A stretch of 64,000 nt of DNA from Stramenopiles sp. TOSAG23-3. Lineage: Eukaryota. Of the stretch, positions 51,399 to 63,059 are shown piece by piece. Where the stretch lies: the NCBI GenBank assembly GCA_900128585.1, contig LT642152.1, positions 1-64,000 on the forward strand. Direction: 5' to 3'. A program made the position numbers and the translations under genes. How positions within the stretch are numbered: the stretch's first letter is position 1; the number at the start of each line of letters is the position of its first letter. The notes below the pieces were generated by a model that ran no database searches, was not told where the DNA came from, and saw only the letters and a list, made by a program, of their open reading frames with translations.

Positions 51399-52475
51399 TT
51401 AGAAAGAAAATTTGAAATTTCTCAATGCATTTATGTACATACTGACACTTGCCATAGTCCGAGACAAGCTTTTTGCGGCAGTGTTTGATCTCATTAGTTT
51501 TGCCTCTTCCGACAAAATTGCATCCCATTTCGTTTGACCGACGTAACCCCAGTACGCCGCTACGAAAACAACAATATGCATGATGCTGTGGGACGAAAAA
51601 TAGTCAAACATGTTTTCTGGGAGTCCTAGCTTTTTTGCAAGGCCCGGAAACCGTTCTGGGACGCCGGTGCTAAAAATCACGCCCCCTAACGCGCCCAAAA
51701 ACGAGGACACGGGCATATGCTGCAAAACCAACGCTACCTTCATCTTTCCAGACGCGCCACGACTGTGAAGGTACTCGCGGACGACTGGCACGACAATGCA
51801 GCTGGTAACGCTTGCCAACGTTAAAAATTTTGCATATTTTGGCATACCAGCGCCAAAGAATACCGCCAGGGTAGACGCAGAACCCACCAACGACGTGCCA
51901 ATAGTAAACTTCCGCAGCAACTCGTGCTCTCCACGCGTGCCAAAATGCTGGTACCCTGCAACGATGCTGAAACAGGTAAAATAGGCGGCTATCGAGGACC
52001 GGTCGATTCGAAACATTATGTCTTCCACGAACTCTGAGTAGCACGATGTGCAATGGGCAAGGGTTGACGCCCCGAAAAGGCCCGCCCCTCCCAAAGCAAC
52101 CCATCGGGAAGGCCATGCAGGGTTGTGCTGCTTAAAACTATTGTAATAGTAAAGGGACGCAAAAAAATGAGTCCAAACGTTGCAAATTTCATTATGTCCA
52201 CACCCACAACTGCACACACAGAACAGGCAGGACGGGGTGACTTTCCGGTACCCCGTGCGAACGTAAGGAAAAATTCTCCAACCATCGCCTTTTGCTTTCA
52301 ATTTGTCTACATGCTCTAATTCAATATCTTTGTCGTCCAAGTAGACCTTTTTGTAGATCTTCCAGAGTACCTTACTGGCCGCCATTGCAGCCAGTGTCTG
52401 AAGGCAGGTCTTGGTGAATACCCGCGGAGTATTCGCCGCCATGGTCCGCTCAATGCGCTCCTTTATGTAAGCCAT
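51399..52475 (-). CDS. PAQR/haemolysin III (adiponectin receptor-like) membrane protein
   Basis: YVRTGYR, HNEICNVWTHF, STLAHCT, RID, VPERFPG, FD..SHSIMH. Confidence 0.9.
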   Translation of the reverse strand: MAYIKERIERTMAANTPRVFTKTCLQTLAAMAASKVLWKIYKKVYLDDKDIELEHVDKLKAKGDGWRIFPYVRTGYRKVTPSCLFCVCSCGCGHNEICNVWTHFFASLYYYNSFKQHNPAWPSRWVALGGAGLFGASTLAHCTSCYSEFVEDIMFRIDRSSIAAYFTCFSIVAGYQHFGTRGEHELLRKFTIGTSLVGSASTLAVFFGAGMPKYAKFLTLASVTSCIVVPVVREYLHSRGASGKMKVALVLQHMPVSSFLGALGGVIFSTGVPERFPGLAKKLGLPENMFDYFSSHSIMHIVVFVAAYWGYVGQTKWDAILSEEAKLMRSNTAAKSLSRTMASVSMYINALRNFKFSF

Positions 52476-52861
52476 GCCGGAGACACCCTCGAGTCTTTCT
52501 TCTTTCCTTCCTTTCTTTAATTCCTTTCACCTTGGTAAAAGGTCTTAAGATTCTGATGCATAGATACGTAGGTATAACCATGATATGACTGTAAAATTTT
52601 AGAAAATCTTCGAAACATCTATATATTATATATTGTCCTGGTGTATATATTCTTCCAATTATATTAGAAGACGACGACTATTATTATTATATATTTTTTG
52701 TTGCCTTTTTGTATAGTACGGTGGAGGAGTAGTATAATTATTATAATAAAAAAATTAATAGAAATAGTGTTTTGTTTGAATAGCTTTTTTTATTAAAATG
52801 GTGTGGTTTTGGATGGTGCAGCAGCGACGAAGATTCATTAATATTTATTCGCAAAGCCAAG

Positions 52862-52960
52862 TTCTTCTTTCTTCTTTCTTCTTTCTTTTTTCTTCTTTCT
52901 TCTTTCTTCTTTCTTCTTTCTTCTTTCTTCTTTCTTCTTTCTTTCTTCTTTCTTCTTTCT
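52862..52960. repeat. CT-rich ~21-bp-period tandem repeat
   Basis: Repeating TTCTTCTTTCTTCTTTCTTCT units. Confidence 0.9.
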
Positions 52961-54241
52961 CCATACAATTACGCGTACTCGTAGACTAAGAAGCTTCAAG
53001 TGTTAAATAGTAGGGTTTTAGGTTTGGAGGATGAAGACTCAGAATTCGAGAAGTAGAAATACCACTCACTACCTTACCTACCTAGACTACGTCACTACGA
53101 GGACTAACCCACTGTATTAATAATGAATTAGTGACTATTTCTAAATTAATGAAATATCGATGAGGAGGAAAGGAAAGGGAGAAAGGGAGGGGGAATCCAT
53201 TCCAAAATAGCGTGTTTTGTGCTTTGACATTAGCTTTTCGACTTCTATTTTTTTTTCGACTTCTTTTTTCTCCGTTATTTTATAATAATAATTGTTCAAT
53301 GGTATTTCGGTACAAAATAAATTTTATTAAATCCAAATAGTATTAACATTAAATAGGCTTAATGCTATTTCATTATGGTCAAATTATAATAAATATATCT
53401 TCATTTTAAAAATTTTAAAATTAGGGCTCCCCTTCCTTTCCTTTAATGCTATGTGCATATTCTATTTATTTTAATTCTTTCTATGCTATTCAATGTTCAT
53501 TCTTTTGTTCATGGGAGTGTATTCGCATGCAGTGTGAGCAAATATTTCTATGCTATTCAATGTTAAAATCTTTTATATTTGAATTTTTTCGAATTATTTT
53601 TTTGAATTTTATAGATTCCATTTCAGTACTATACACCTGTTAAACCAACAACATTTTTCACCTTCCTTCTTCGCGATTTCCGTATGTATTTTACAACCCT
53701 ATACTATTTACCTGTAAATATAAAATTAACTTCAATGCCTATACTATCTATATATTAATAATTTATTTACCATTGTTTAAAAGTTACATAAACATAGCAT
53801 TGATAATAAGTATTTCGATCAACTTTCACCATTGTAGTAGGTAAAGTTAAGGTTTATAATTTATTTTTTTAAATTCGTAAGACTTCCTTACCAAATGGTA
53901 TGTCCTTGCTATTATCCTATTATAGATTTTAAAGGAGATGAGTTTTTTAGTTAGTTGTTGTTGAATTCATCGTCAGTCAACAACAAAAAAGAAAAAAATA
54001 GAAAAGAAAGTGTCTTACAAACGAAAGCATCGATCACTTTAGTATCCATCTTTACGAACAAACGTTTACCTCACAGGTTTTGGGATCAACAAAAAATTGT
54101 ACGTACGAAGGCAAGGAAGGAGGAAAACAAAGACTAGTTTCACGTTAGTTAGTCTCTTCTCCGCAAAAGCATAAGACGGACAGTATAAACCGAGAAGCGT
54201 ATTGATCCTGTTGCAAAAGGCATACGAGTTGGTACTGTACC

Positions 54242-55750
54242 ATGCAACCCTCACACGCAAAGCTCTCCGTGGACGCGTTGGCGAAACGGGCGCCTTTGAA
54301 AAAGGTCAGCCCTTCCATTGCGAACAAAATACTTCTGGCTGGAAAGAACAACAGCACCTCGGCCATGGCAAGAAAAGCTAAAATCGAACGCAAGAAGAAA
54401 GTAGTAAAACAGAGTTCGAAGAACTCAGATGGCACCCAGGCCGGCACCGTAGAAAAGAAAAAGTCGGGCAACCCGCACTGTATTAAAGGCCCCTGGACCC
54501 CGGACGAAGATAGCAAAGTCATCCAACTCGTGAAGGAGTATGGGCCGAAGAAATGGTCGGTTATTGCGTCTCACCTGCCGGGGCGCATCGGAAAGCAGTG
54601 CCGCGAGCGTTGGCACAACCACCTAAACCCAGACATTCGCAAGGGGCCGTGGACCGAGGAGGAAGACAAGACCATCCTCGCCGCACACGAAACGTTGGGG
54701 AACCGCTGGGCCGAGATAGCAAAGCTACTCCCTGGCCGAACGGACAACGCCATCAAGAACCACTGGAACAGTTCGATGCGACGGAAAATTGAAAAGCTGA
54801 AGAACGGGGAGATTTCCTCCTACACTGCTGGAAAGATCAAGAAGACGAAAGATAAAAGTGCTGCGGCGAAACGAAAGGCGAAGCTTTTGAAAGAGAAACG
54901 GGCACACGGCAACTCCACCGCCGCGTCCAAGGGGAGGAACTCGAAGGACTCCACAAAAGGGGTCAAAAGGCCCCCGAAGAAGAGCGCAAAGGCCAAGCGG
55001 GCGGTTAACAACTCTACCGCGCCCTCCCCCGGGTGGGACTTGTCCGGGATGGCGTTTGCCCAAGGCGGGACGCCCATGCGCGGGGACGGGGACTTGGACG
55101 ACTTCTCCTTTTCGTTCACGGACAGCGAGGACATGTGGTCCCCGATGGGGGGCTCCACGCCGAACCAGTTCCGCTTCACGCCAAACAAGAAGTACAGGAC
55201 CCCGGGGGGGAATGGCAGCGCGCAACGAAAAAGGCGTCGGCTTATCTCTGGACCAATGCCCAGCCCGGGCGGGCTACCCCCGACCCCCGACTCCACCAAC
55301 AAGCTGCTCCGTACGTGGATGGGCCAGGAATTGTCCCCCATGGGCACCCCCGGGGGCAACTGGTCCCCCTCTGCCCCGGGCGGCACGACGATGAACGCCC
55401 CGACCCCGGGCTCTGTAGGCCTGACCTCGTACGGCCGCAGCGCTGGCGTCGGCGGGGGGTACGCTGCAAACCACGCAGGCAACGCTAATTCCACGCCGGC
55501 AACCAATGAATTAGAGCGCATTGACGTGCCTGCTAGAAGGTTCAAGACGTACGCCACCAAGCGAGAGAAGGAACGGATGCGTGAGCGCCAAATGCAGCTC
55601 CAAAAAGACACTGCCGTCGCAAGGACGCCTGACCGTTTGACCAACGGCAGCAAGTACGCCATGTCGCCATTGAGCCCGTCACGCCTGGCTGGAGAAATGT
55701 TTGCCCCGGACGAACTTTACAACATTATGATGCCATCTCCTGCACGATAA
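54242..55750 (+). CDS. c-Myb-like transcription factor with two MYB repeats
   Basis: KGPWTPDED...[17 protein letters not shown]...WTEEED...[30 protein letters not shown]-rich tail. Confidence 0.95.
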   Translation: MQPSHAKLSVDALAKRAPLKKVSPSIANKILLAGKNNSTSAMARKAKIERKKKVVKQSSKNSDGTQAGTVEKKKSGNPHCIKGPWTPDEDSKVIQLVKEYGPKKWSVIASHLPGRIGKQCRERWHNHLNPDIRKGPWTEEEDKTILAAHETLGNRWAEIAKLLPGRTDNAIKNHWNSSMRRKIEKLKNGEISSYTAGKIKKTKDKSAAAKRKAKLLKEKRAHGNSTAASKGRNSKDSTKGVKRPPKKSAKAKRAVNNSTAPSPGWDLSGMAFAQGGTPMRGDGDLDDFSFSFTDSEDMWSPMGGSTPNQFRFTPNKKYRTPGGNGSAQRKRRRLISGPMPSPGGLPPTPDSTNKLLRTWMGQELSPMGTPGGNWSPSAPGGTTMNAPTPGSVGLTSYGRSAGVGGGYAANHAGNANSTPATNELERIDVPARRFKTYATKREKERMRERQMQLQKDTAVARTPDRLTNGSKYAMSPLSPSRLAGEMFAPDELYNIMMPSPAR

Positions 55751-56053
55751 GTCCTCCCTACTCTGATTCTCCGAGGTGATACCAAGAGATTGCTTTGTTG
55801 AAAATAATGTCGTTGAAGGGATCGAGAATCTTTCTTTCACGCGCCCTCCTTTTGAATGGTTAGACTTTTTCTTAAAGGAACGATTTGGCTTTGATTGAAA
55901 CGAAAATTACAGCGAGAATTATTGTTTTAATAATTCTTATATTAAATACACAAGAGAGTAAAAATATATTTTGCACAACACAGCACAAGCACGTGTGGGG
56001 TCAAATAATGTGTTGCCATTTTATTTGCAGTAAAAAAATGAAATGGCTGGTTC

Positions 56054-57016
56054 TTACAAGTCCCCGGATGGCAAGGTGTTCTTCCGGCGGCCTTTTCGGC
56101 GCCTTGTGCGCCCGCCCTCGGTCTCTTCAATCTCTGCAAACGTCTCTTCCTCGTTGCCGTGAACCTTCCTGGTGACTTTTCGCCCATTTCGTACTACCGT
56201 TTCGGTCCGTTCAAAGGTACCTCCGCTCGAGCTGCTGGATGTCGAGCTGCTGAACGAAAAGGAGCCTCCCATCATGTTCCCCAAAACGTCTCCCATACCA
56301 CCTGCGCCGGCAAAATTCCCAAGGTCGCCGAACCCGTCAAATATGGAGGGCATGCCCCGCCCCGAATCGCCCCTACTACCCGCTTTTAAGAGCGAATCTG
56401 GCGCGGCGCCGTATTTCTTGACAAGCTTTTTGTACAACGTCTTTTCCTTCCCCTTGTACTTGGACAGTATTTTGGAGATATACTTTGCGTTGCAGTTTTT
56501 GGGTTTGTGCTTTCGATAAAAGGCCAGCAGGTCGTTCTGGAGGTCTTGCAACGATGGGGAATCGTCCACCGTTTCCTCTTCGAAAAAGCTATTTTCGCCT
56601 TTAAATATGTCCCTCATTGCCTCGAATGGATCTTGACCATTAAAAAATTCTGCAAAGACGTCATTGGCGCTCCGATGGGCGCCACCGCTGCCAGTATCAA
56701 ACCCAAACGCGCTGCCGATACCCCCACTGTCGTACTCTTTCCTCTTCTTGTCGTCACTAAGCACTTCGTAAGCCTCTGCAATTTCATTAAACTTCTTGGT
56801 GGCAGCCTCTTTGTTGTCCTTGTTTTTGTCCGGGTGCCACTTCAGTGCAAGTTTCCTATAGGCACGTTTAACGTCTTTCGTCGTAGCAGTTTTCTTCACC
56901 CCTAAAGTTTTGTAATAGTCTTTCGATGCGGCAGCGACAAAAAAGAGGAATTGACCCAACACGACTACCAACAGAGGAAGTAACAACTTTCGCGTCGGCG
57001 CACGAAAACGACTCAT
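56054..57016 (-). CDS. DnaJ protein with a signal peptide (ER co-chaperone-like)
   Basis: Signal peptide, DYYKTLGV...[13 protein letters not shown]...[10 protein letters not shown]-rich region and an inserted [21 protein letters not shown] helical module. Confidence 0.92.
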   Translation of the reverse strand: MSRFRAPTRKLLLPLLVVVLGQFLFFVAAASKDYYKTLGVKKTATTKDVKRAYRKLALKWHPDKNKDNKEAATKKFNEIAEAYEVLSDDKKRKEYDSGGIGSAFGFDTGSGGAHRSANDVFAEFFNGQDPFEAMRDIFKGENSFFEEETVDDSPSLQDLQNDLLAFYRKHKPKNCNAKYISKILSKYKGKEKTLYKKLVKKYGAAPDSLLKAGSRGDSGRGMPSIFDGFGDLGNFAGAGGMGDVLGNMMGGSFSFSSSTSSSSSGGTFERTETVVRNGRKVTRKVHGNEEETFAEIEETEGGRTRRRKGRRKNTLPSGDL

Positions 57017-57635
57017 ATCCTTTTGTTCTAGACTAATTCCTAATAGTGTCTGCCTTGAATTCCTAAGACGAACCTAAATAAATACATGCGGTTTTTATTG
57101 GCTCTTTTTCATTTGGAAGCCGTTCTACTACAGTACTGTATTCTACCAAGAACAAAGTGATTCATTATTATTCTAGTTGTTATTATAAAAAGAGAAGAAG
57201 AAAGAAACACATTTTTTTCATAAAAAGTTGGCAGCAGGCACAATATTTCTTTTTATATTATAAATATCATTCCAATCATACGTACGTATAAATAAGATAG
57301 AAGAAGAAAAGAAAAAAGAAAAGAAGGAGGAGGAAGAAGGAAGGAAAGAAGAAGAAATCAACAACACGACGATGATGAAAAATCGAAGAAAAAAGAAAGA
57401 AATCGACTCATTTTTTTTGCTGCTGCTGTGATTATAATAATATATTTATGTATTATATCTCTCTTGGGACTTGGGAGGAAGATGATGTGCGGTGTAAAAA
57501 TTGATCGATCACAATTATACCAAGTAATAATATTATAATAAATAATAATCGATTTCTTCTTCTTCTTCTTCTTCGATTTTATTATTTAATTATGTATTTT
57601 TTATATTTTCTATTAAAAAAGTATTTACTGTATAG

Positions 57636-58055
57636 CTAACAAGGTAGTTTGGCTTTAAATTTATCTCCTGCTGCTTTTCCTTTTGGGATTGCGCACTCAA
57701 ATTTCTGCCCAGGAAAATTTGGGTTAGGGACGGTCATAATATCACCCTCTCGAAATTGTGGGGGTACCGTGAGTTCAATTCTCTGCCACTTCGCTTCTTC
57801 GGCAGCTGTTTTCGCCTTCATATCCACCGCAATGTTCCACATCATTTTCGTAGGACCGATCGGACTCAATTCCCAAGCTATATAGATTCCACATACTGCT
57901 GCCATTTCAGGATTCTTTTTTGCCCACTGCATTAACTGCACGTGTACCGGTTCCTCTGCATTGGCATTCACAGTGGTCATACGGCGTTTCCGAGTGGTTC
58001 GTGAGGTTGCGCGCCTCAATTTGCCTAGCAGGGTAGAGCGGGAAACGGCGAACAT
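57636..58055 (-). CDS. Small protein with a mitochondrial-like presequence and a VPxxxxxG-repeat C-terminal module
   Basis: Arg/Ser/Thr-rich N-terminus lacking acidic residues; VPPQFREGD...IPKGKAAGDKF. Confidence 0.7.
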   Translation of the reverse strand: MFAVSRSTLLGKLRRATSRTTRKRRMTTVNANAEEPVHVQLMQWAKKNPEMAAVCGIYIAWELSPIGPTKMMWNIAVDMKAKTAAEEAKWQRIELTVPPQFREGDIMTVPNPNFPGQKFECAIPKGKAAGDKFKAKLPC

Positions 58056-58537
58056 TTTGCTTCTGCTATGGTGTGGATGGTGTGCTCGTTTCAATCGTTT
58101 GCTTTGATGTTGTTCGTTTTTTTTAATTAATGTTGTTATACAATTTATTCTAATGGAATAGTTTCGTGCTTTTATTTTATTATATTGTTATTAGACTGAC
58201 TTCATCTTTTCAATATTATGAAAAGGTTGATTGACATAATGTAATGTTGAGAGAACAGAAGAAGAAGAGTGGGTGGAGAAGAAAAAAAGTGATGAGATAA
58301 TACCATCATGGTTCATGGTGTAATAGATAGTAGTAATCATGTGATAATATATTATAATATGATGATGGCAGCAGCAGCACAGCAGCAGAAAAATAATTGG
58401 TGCGTGATGTTTATTATATTTAGTACTATTTATATATAAAATGATTGTGATGATGATGAATGAAAAAACAAAAAAACATTGAAGTCATCATCACATCACA
58501 TTAATATTTATGGAATTACATTTTAAATTATTAGCTA

Positions 58538-58565
58538 TTTTAAAACAAGAAAATTGGCTGTTATT
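58538..58565 (-). promoter_or_regulatory. Recurrent 3'-flank element
   Basis: Plus strand TTTTAAAACAAGAAAATTGGCTGTTATT, about 480 nt past the stop at 59043. Confidence 0.45.
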
Positions 58566-58956
58566 AATAAATATATACAGTATAAAGTCAAAGAAAAGAA
58601 GAGAGAGAGAGAGAGAAAGAAGATGATGCGCTTGGCTGCTGAGAACTGAGAACTGAGAACTGAGAAGAGAAAAGAGAAGAAGAAGATGAAGAAGATGAAA
58701 GATGATATTAAGATTAAGATTAAAAATTAGGTTCATATTTATTTTATATTAAAATATATAAAAAAACATGAAGAAGAATGATGAGAAACATACAGTACTA
58801 CTATAGACACTATAATTATATACACCTTCCATAATATATATATTTTTATAAAAAAAGTAGTATGTTTTAGTAAAATACACAACCTGTAAAAGACTTTTTG
58901 ATTTTTAATTTTAAAAGACGCAATTCCTTACCATTTCGGTAAAGCGACATCGTGTG

Positions 58957-59009
58957 ATTAGAGTGACGTCAACTTGTTCTGTAATTACAGTGACGTCAAC
59001 TTGTTCTGT
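58957..59009. repeat. 27-bp tandem duplication containing TGACGTCA
   Basis: ATTA(G/C)AGTGACGTCAACTTGTTCTGT twice. Confidence 0.9.
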
Positions 59010-59042
59010 TACCCGTTTGTTTTTGCTGTTCTCTTCGAGCTT

Positions 59043-60626
59043 TTACCGCCTTGCTCCAAACCCGTCACCCTCGAAGTTTGTTTTCTTGTGCCCACACCTA
59101 TTGAACACGCCCGTGCCATCGTTACCGTTTTCGTTCCCGTCGCAATCTGCGTTTTCGTACGCAGTCTCGTAATAATTGGTGTAATACGTTGAATAAAACC
59201 CTGCGTAGTACATTGCATAATACAACTGTGAAGGCGCGTAGTTGCAGTACTGACAGTACACCTTCTTGTGGAAACAATAGTAGCAGTAGTAGTCCTGCAG
59301 AGGATTGTGCGTCATGGAATGCATCAGCGCTGGAATAATTGAGTGAGTCAGGGACTTTCCAAGAATAGACGAAATGCCGTTAGCGGTCAAACGAGAAATT
59401 TGGACCCCCGTGTCCTCGGTTGCTTTAACCGATGACGCCTCTGTCAACGAGCTGGTTAAACTCGAGGTCAACACCGGGGCCAAACCATCGGTAACGAGTT
59501 TAGGGACGACTTCGTGCAGGCTCCCAGAAACAGATTCTATGACCGAGTCCACCATGGATTCGTGGGCCGACTGAAGGATTTTTTCGCCCATTTGCGACCC
59601 CATACGGGGAATAAGTTCTCTGTACACATCGCGCTTTATATTCATGGCGAGCTCCTCCGGCATTTGCATGGCTAGGGTACCGCCGACAATTAGTGCCTCG
59701 TGGGTCAACCACCTGTCCATGGTGGCCGCCCAAACTGTTGCAACTTGTCCGTCGGCCAGGCCTGCTACTTTGTCCATGTACTCATCCACTCCCACCCACT
59801 GGGTTTGTAAGTGCGACATGTCCATAGACGACAGCTCTGCTAACGATGTTAACTTTCCATTCATCATGTGGCCTTTTAGTTTTGCCATAAGGGCAATGTC
59901 ATTTACGTCTATTTGTGTGACGGGCTTTCGCCCTGGTGTGCACTTGCCACGCTTTCCCAGACGGAAGCGCCTTGAAGTGCCCGCTACAGGTTTCCCCTGC
60001 GCGTTTGTCAGCAGTACTTTCTCGCGAATTATCTGCTCTGGCGGGGGCAGAAAGCGCAAGCGACAACTTTCAATATCCTCTTCACTCATAACGTGGTGAG
60101 AATACCCGTGCTTCAGCGAGTAATTTAAGAACAAAAACGCCTGGTATGTGTTGTTATGGACCGCAGGCCCCCCAAAGAGGCTCGGAAGCGTTGCCGGACT
60201 TGTCGTGGACAACCGATCGATTACATTTAAGTTCGTTGGCGGTTTCTCCAAGTTGAAAACAGGGTTGTGCACATCGTCTTTCTCGTCGGAGACGGGCTGG
60301 AACGATTCAAATATCCTATTCCCGCATATCATTCTGGTACTACCTGCTAATGATTTGGAAGAATCGTAATGTATCGTTTCATTGAACTGCACGGAAAAAA
60401 CAGCGGCCGTGTAGTAATATGGAAGTCGAGGCTCTCCCTTGCAGTTCTGGGGCGAGTGCGACGTGCATTCGGTTTCCCACTCAAAGCCGATTGATCTTAT
60501 CTCGACACTGGTTTTTTCTATGGGTATATGGCCGTGTGCGCTATTCGACCCACCACATCCTAGACTCAGACACATACACACAAACATCAATGCCCGTGGC
60601 ATCGGCAATTGTACCACGCCCCCCAT
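59043..60626 (-). CDS. Uncharacterised, probably secreted protein with a Tyr/Cys-rich C-terminus
   Basis: Long ORF; likely signal near MPRALMFVCMCLSLGCG; DYYCYYCFHKKVYCQYCNY...YYAMYYAGFYSTYYTNYY. The start codon is uncertain. Confidence 0.75.
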   Translation of the reverse strand: MGGVVQLPMPRALMFVCMCLSLGCGGSNSAHGHIPIEKTSVEIRSIGFEWETECTSHSPQNCKGEPRLPYYYTAAVFSVQFNETIHYDSSKSLAGSTRMICGNRIFESFQPVSDEKDDVHNPVFNLEKPPTNLNVIDRLSTTSPATLPSLFGGPAVHNNTYQAFLFLNYSLKHGYSHHVMSEEDIESCRLRFLPPPEQIIREKVLLTNAQGKPVAGTSRRFRLGKRGKCTPGRKPVTQIDVNDIALMAKLKGHMMNGKLTSLAELSSMDMSHLQTQWVGVDEYMDKVAGLADGQVATVWAATMDRWLTHEALIVGGTLAMQMPEELAMNIKRDVYRELIPRMGSQMGEKILQSAHESMVDSVIESVSGSLHEVVPKLVTDGLAPVLTSSLTSSLTEASSVKATEDTGVQISRLTANGISSILGKSLTHSIIPALMHSMTHNPLQDYYCYYCFHKKVYCQYCNYAPSQLYYAMYYAGFYSTYYTNYYETAYENADCDGNENGNDGTGVFNRCGHKKTNFEGDGFGARR

Positions 60627-61500
60627 GCTTGGTTCCAGTCGTCTCCAACGCAACGGTCCAAAGTGCCCAAACGAGCAAATGCCAGAACAGGAGCTTGGCA
60701 GTATGGTCTGTTCGAAACGTTTGAACACCTTTCCACAAAAATAAATGGTGATGGTGAATGCTGTTAAATATCCAACCATTCGGCGGCAGCACAGAATTGT
60801 GCGGCTAACATTTATCTTATGTATTGCATGGCAGTCCACAGTTCATCGCTTTCAACGTATTTATTATTAAACCAAACTTTAAATTTCTATTATTTGATCA
60901 GTAGTATCATCGGAATTATTTGTTTTATTATAAGAAGATAGTAGCTAGCTCATCATCATTATTATTAATTCTGTTTCTTTCTTCGTCTTCTTCTTCGGCC
61001 TCCTTTCTTCTATTACGTATATGATGGTGCATTCCTGTAAAGAAATATTAATACAACTATGTACACTATAATACAAGCCCCCCCCCCTCTTTTCCCTTTT
61101 CCCTTTTCCCTTTTCCTCTCTCTAAAATTATTGCGTTTTTAAAATCATCCTAAATATACAAACGATGTTATTTATATGTAGTTAAAGTTTATGATATTCA
61201 TATACTTAAATATAATATTTGATAGAATTAATTGATCATATTTGGTATAAATACAGTGTTGCTAATACATTTGTATTGAAAAAATACATCTCTAGTTTAC
61301 GAATTAAAGTGTACTACGAATTATTTTGGTTACAGGTACCTGGGAACTGTGACACTGTGACAAGCCAAAACAACGACTTCTGTCTTCTTCTTCCTTGGTT
61401 CCAAGTTCCTCCTCGGTATAAGTATATAGTATGGATTATTTATTCTACGATTTTGGGTTTGAAAGAGAGTGGTTGGTTGGGTTAGTGGCTATCAATTGAT

Positions 61501-62317
61501 TCACCTAACCAAATACTTGGCGATGTGCCGTTCCATTTCAGCGCGTTCCTCTTCGGTTAAGAATTTTGTGCACGATTTGCTGCAAGTGGCTGGGTCCGAA
61601 AACAATTGAAAAAGCTCATCTGGCTGTTCCGTTACATTGAAATTTCCCCAGCGCCAGGTAACTCCGGTCGGCCCATCTTTAAATAAAATGTCATGCCCCC
61701 AGTTCTTATAAAGTTTGTCGTAATGTGACACTGTCCAATATTGAAACCCTTGGGGACCATCCCATTGATCACACATGACACTGTTGGTAGCGATCATTTA
61801 AAGAGAAGAATGGTTAGTCGCTGAAGAGTGAGTTTACCGCATTGTTTCTGCGAATATACTATACTTACTTGTTTCCATACATGTCTGGCGCCGAAATATT
61901 CGTGCCTTTGTACGTGTAGGCTTTCAAGAATGCTGGAGGGACTGCCCCGACATCTTTTACAAACCGGCAGCAATCTATATCATGCTTTGGTTGGTGCAAG
62001 TAAATACCAGAATTAATAAACAAAAGTTTGCACGGTATTGCCTTCAGGGCAGACTTGATATTTACGAAAGGCAGGCAGCGGTCGACGTAGTCCACCAGCT
62101 GCGCTTGGGTAGAGTTTGGTGCTCCTGACAAATACTTGTAATAAAACATAGACGAGGCATTTTTAATGCTTGGAACGTTTCCATAGAGAGTGAAAGGGGA
62201 GGAAAACTGCGTCGGCCAGACAGGGCATTCTGTGTTGTTAATGCAGTTTGGGTTTGCCTCCACGTTTAGCGTGGTGGCAATGAATACCAACAAGGCCAAT
62301 GAACACGTCGGACGCAT
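61501..62317 (-). CDS. Two-exon secreted protein (242 aa; ependymin-related/At4g14100-like), intron 61781-61868
   Basis: GTAAGT donor 61868, GACTAAC branch, CAG acceptor 61781. Splicing joins YGN-N-VMCDQW in frame. Signal peptide, PVWPTQF, DCC...VGAVPPAFL. Confidence 0.85.
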
Positions 62318-63059
62318 GGTGGTATGTTGAAAGTTCTTGTTCGCTTTTCGTACCGCTGGTTATTCTGTTTTTTCGTTCTCTTTTCGTCAAATGATTACAC
62401 AGTCGGTGAAGCATATCAATCTGTTGGGCATGGTAGTCTTCTATTTCATTATTTGATATAATATATATGTCATGTTAATTGTTGTGCCTTTTCTTTATTT
62501 GTTTGTTATTACTATTAATTAATTATTATTATTCTTTTTGTTGTTCGAAGAAGAAGAAGTATAGGTGATTTTCCGGTAGTATGTTACGTATTATACATGT
62601 TACGGTACTACTAATCAGTAACTCCCATCATTATTTTTATAATAGACCTTAATCAGTATTCTACTTAATATTAATGATTTGGGTTACATTCTCTGTTGAC
62701 GGACGGACCCCCAGAAGAAGAAGAAGAAGAGAAGAAGAAGAGAAGAAGACTCTATAGTCTAATATATCGATGGATGATCGAGAGAAAGAAGAAGAAGAAA
62801 ATTAAAAAAAAATAATACAGTAATAATAATTTTTTTATTTAATATTTTTGATTATTGATTGAACGAATGTGAATGAAGAAGAAGTTAAAATATTCGTATT
62901 ACCAAGTACTACTATATGATTGCCATATATTAAGTGCTGACAAGATTTTAAATTCTTTTAATGGGTAATCTTGGCGTCATTGTACACTAAAAATATTGCC
63001 TATTTTGTTTAAAACTCCGATCTACATCTATATTGAATATAGCTATACCGCAACTCGGG

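Noticed and set aside
62961-62990. ATG 62961 as the STE24 start
   Set aside because: Closes at a TAA after nine codons; the open frame begins at ATG 63060.
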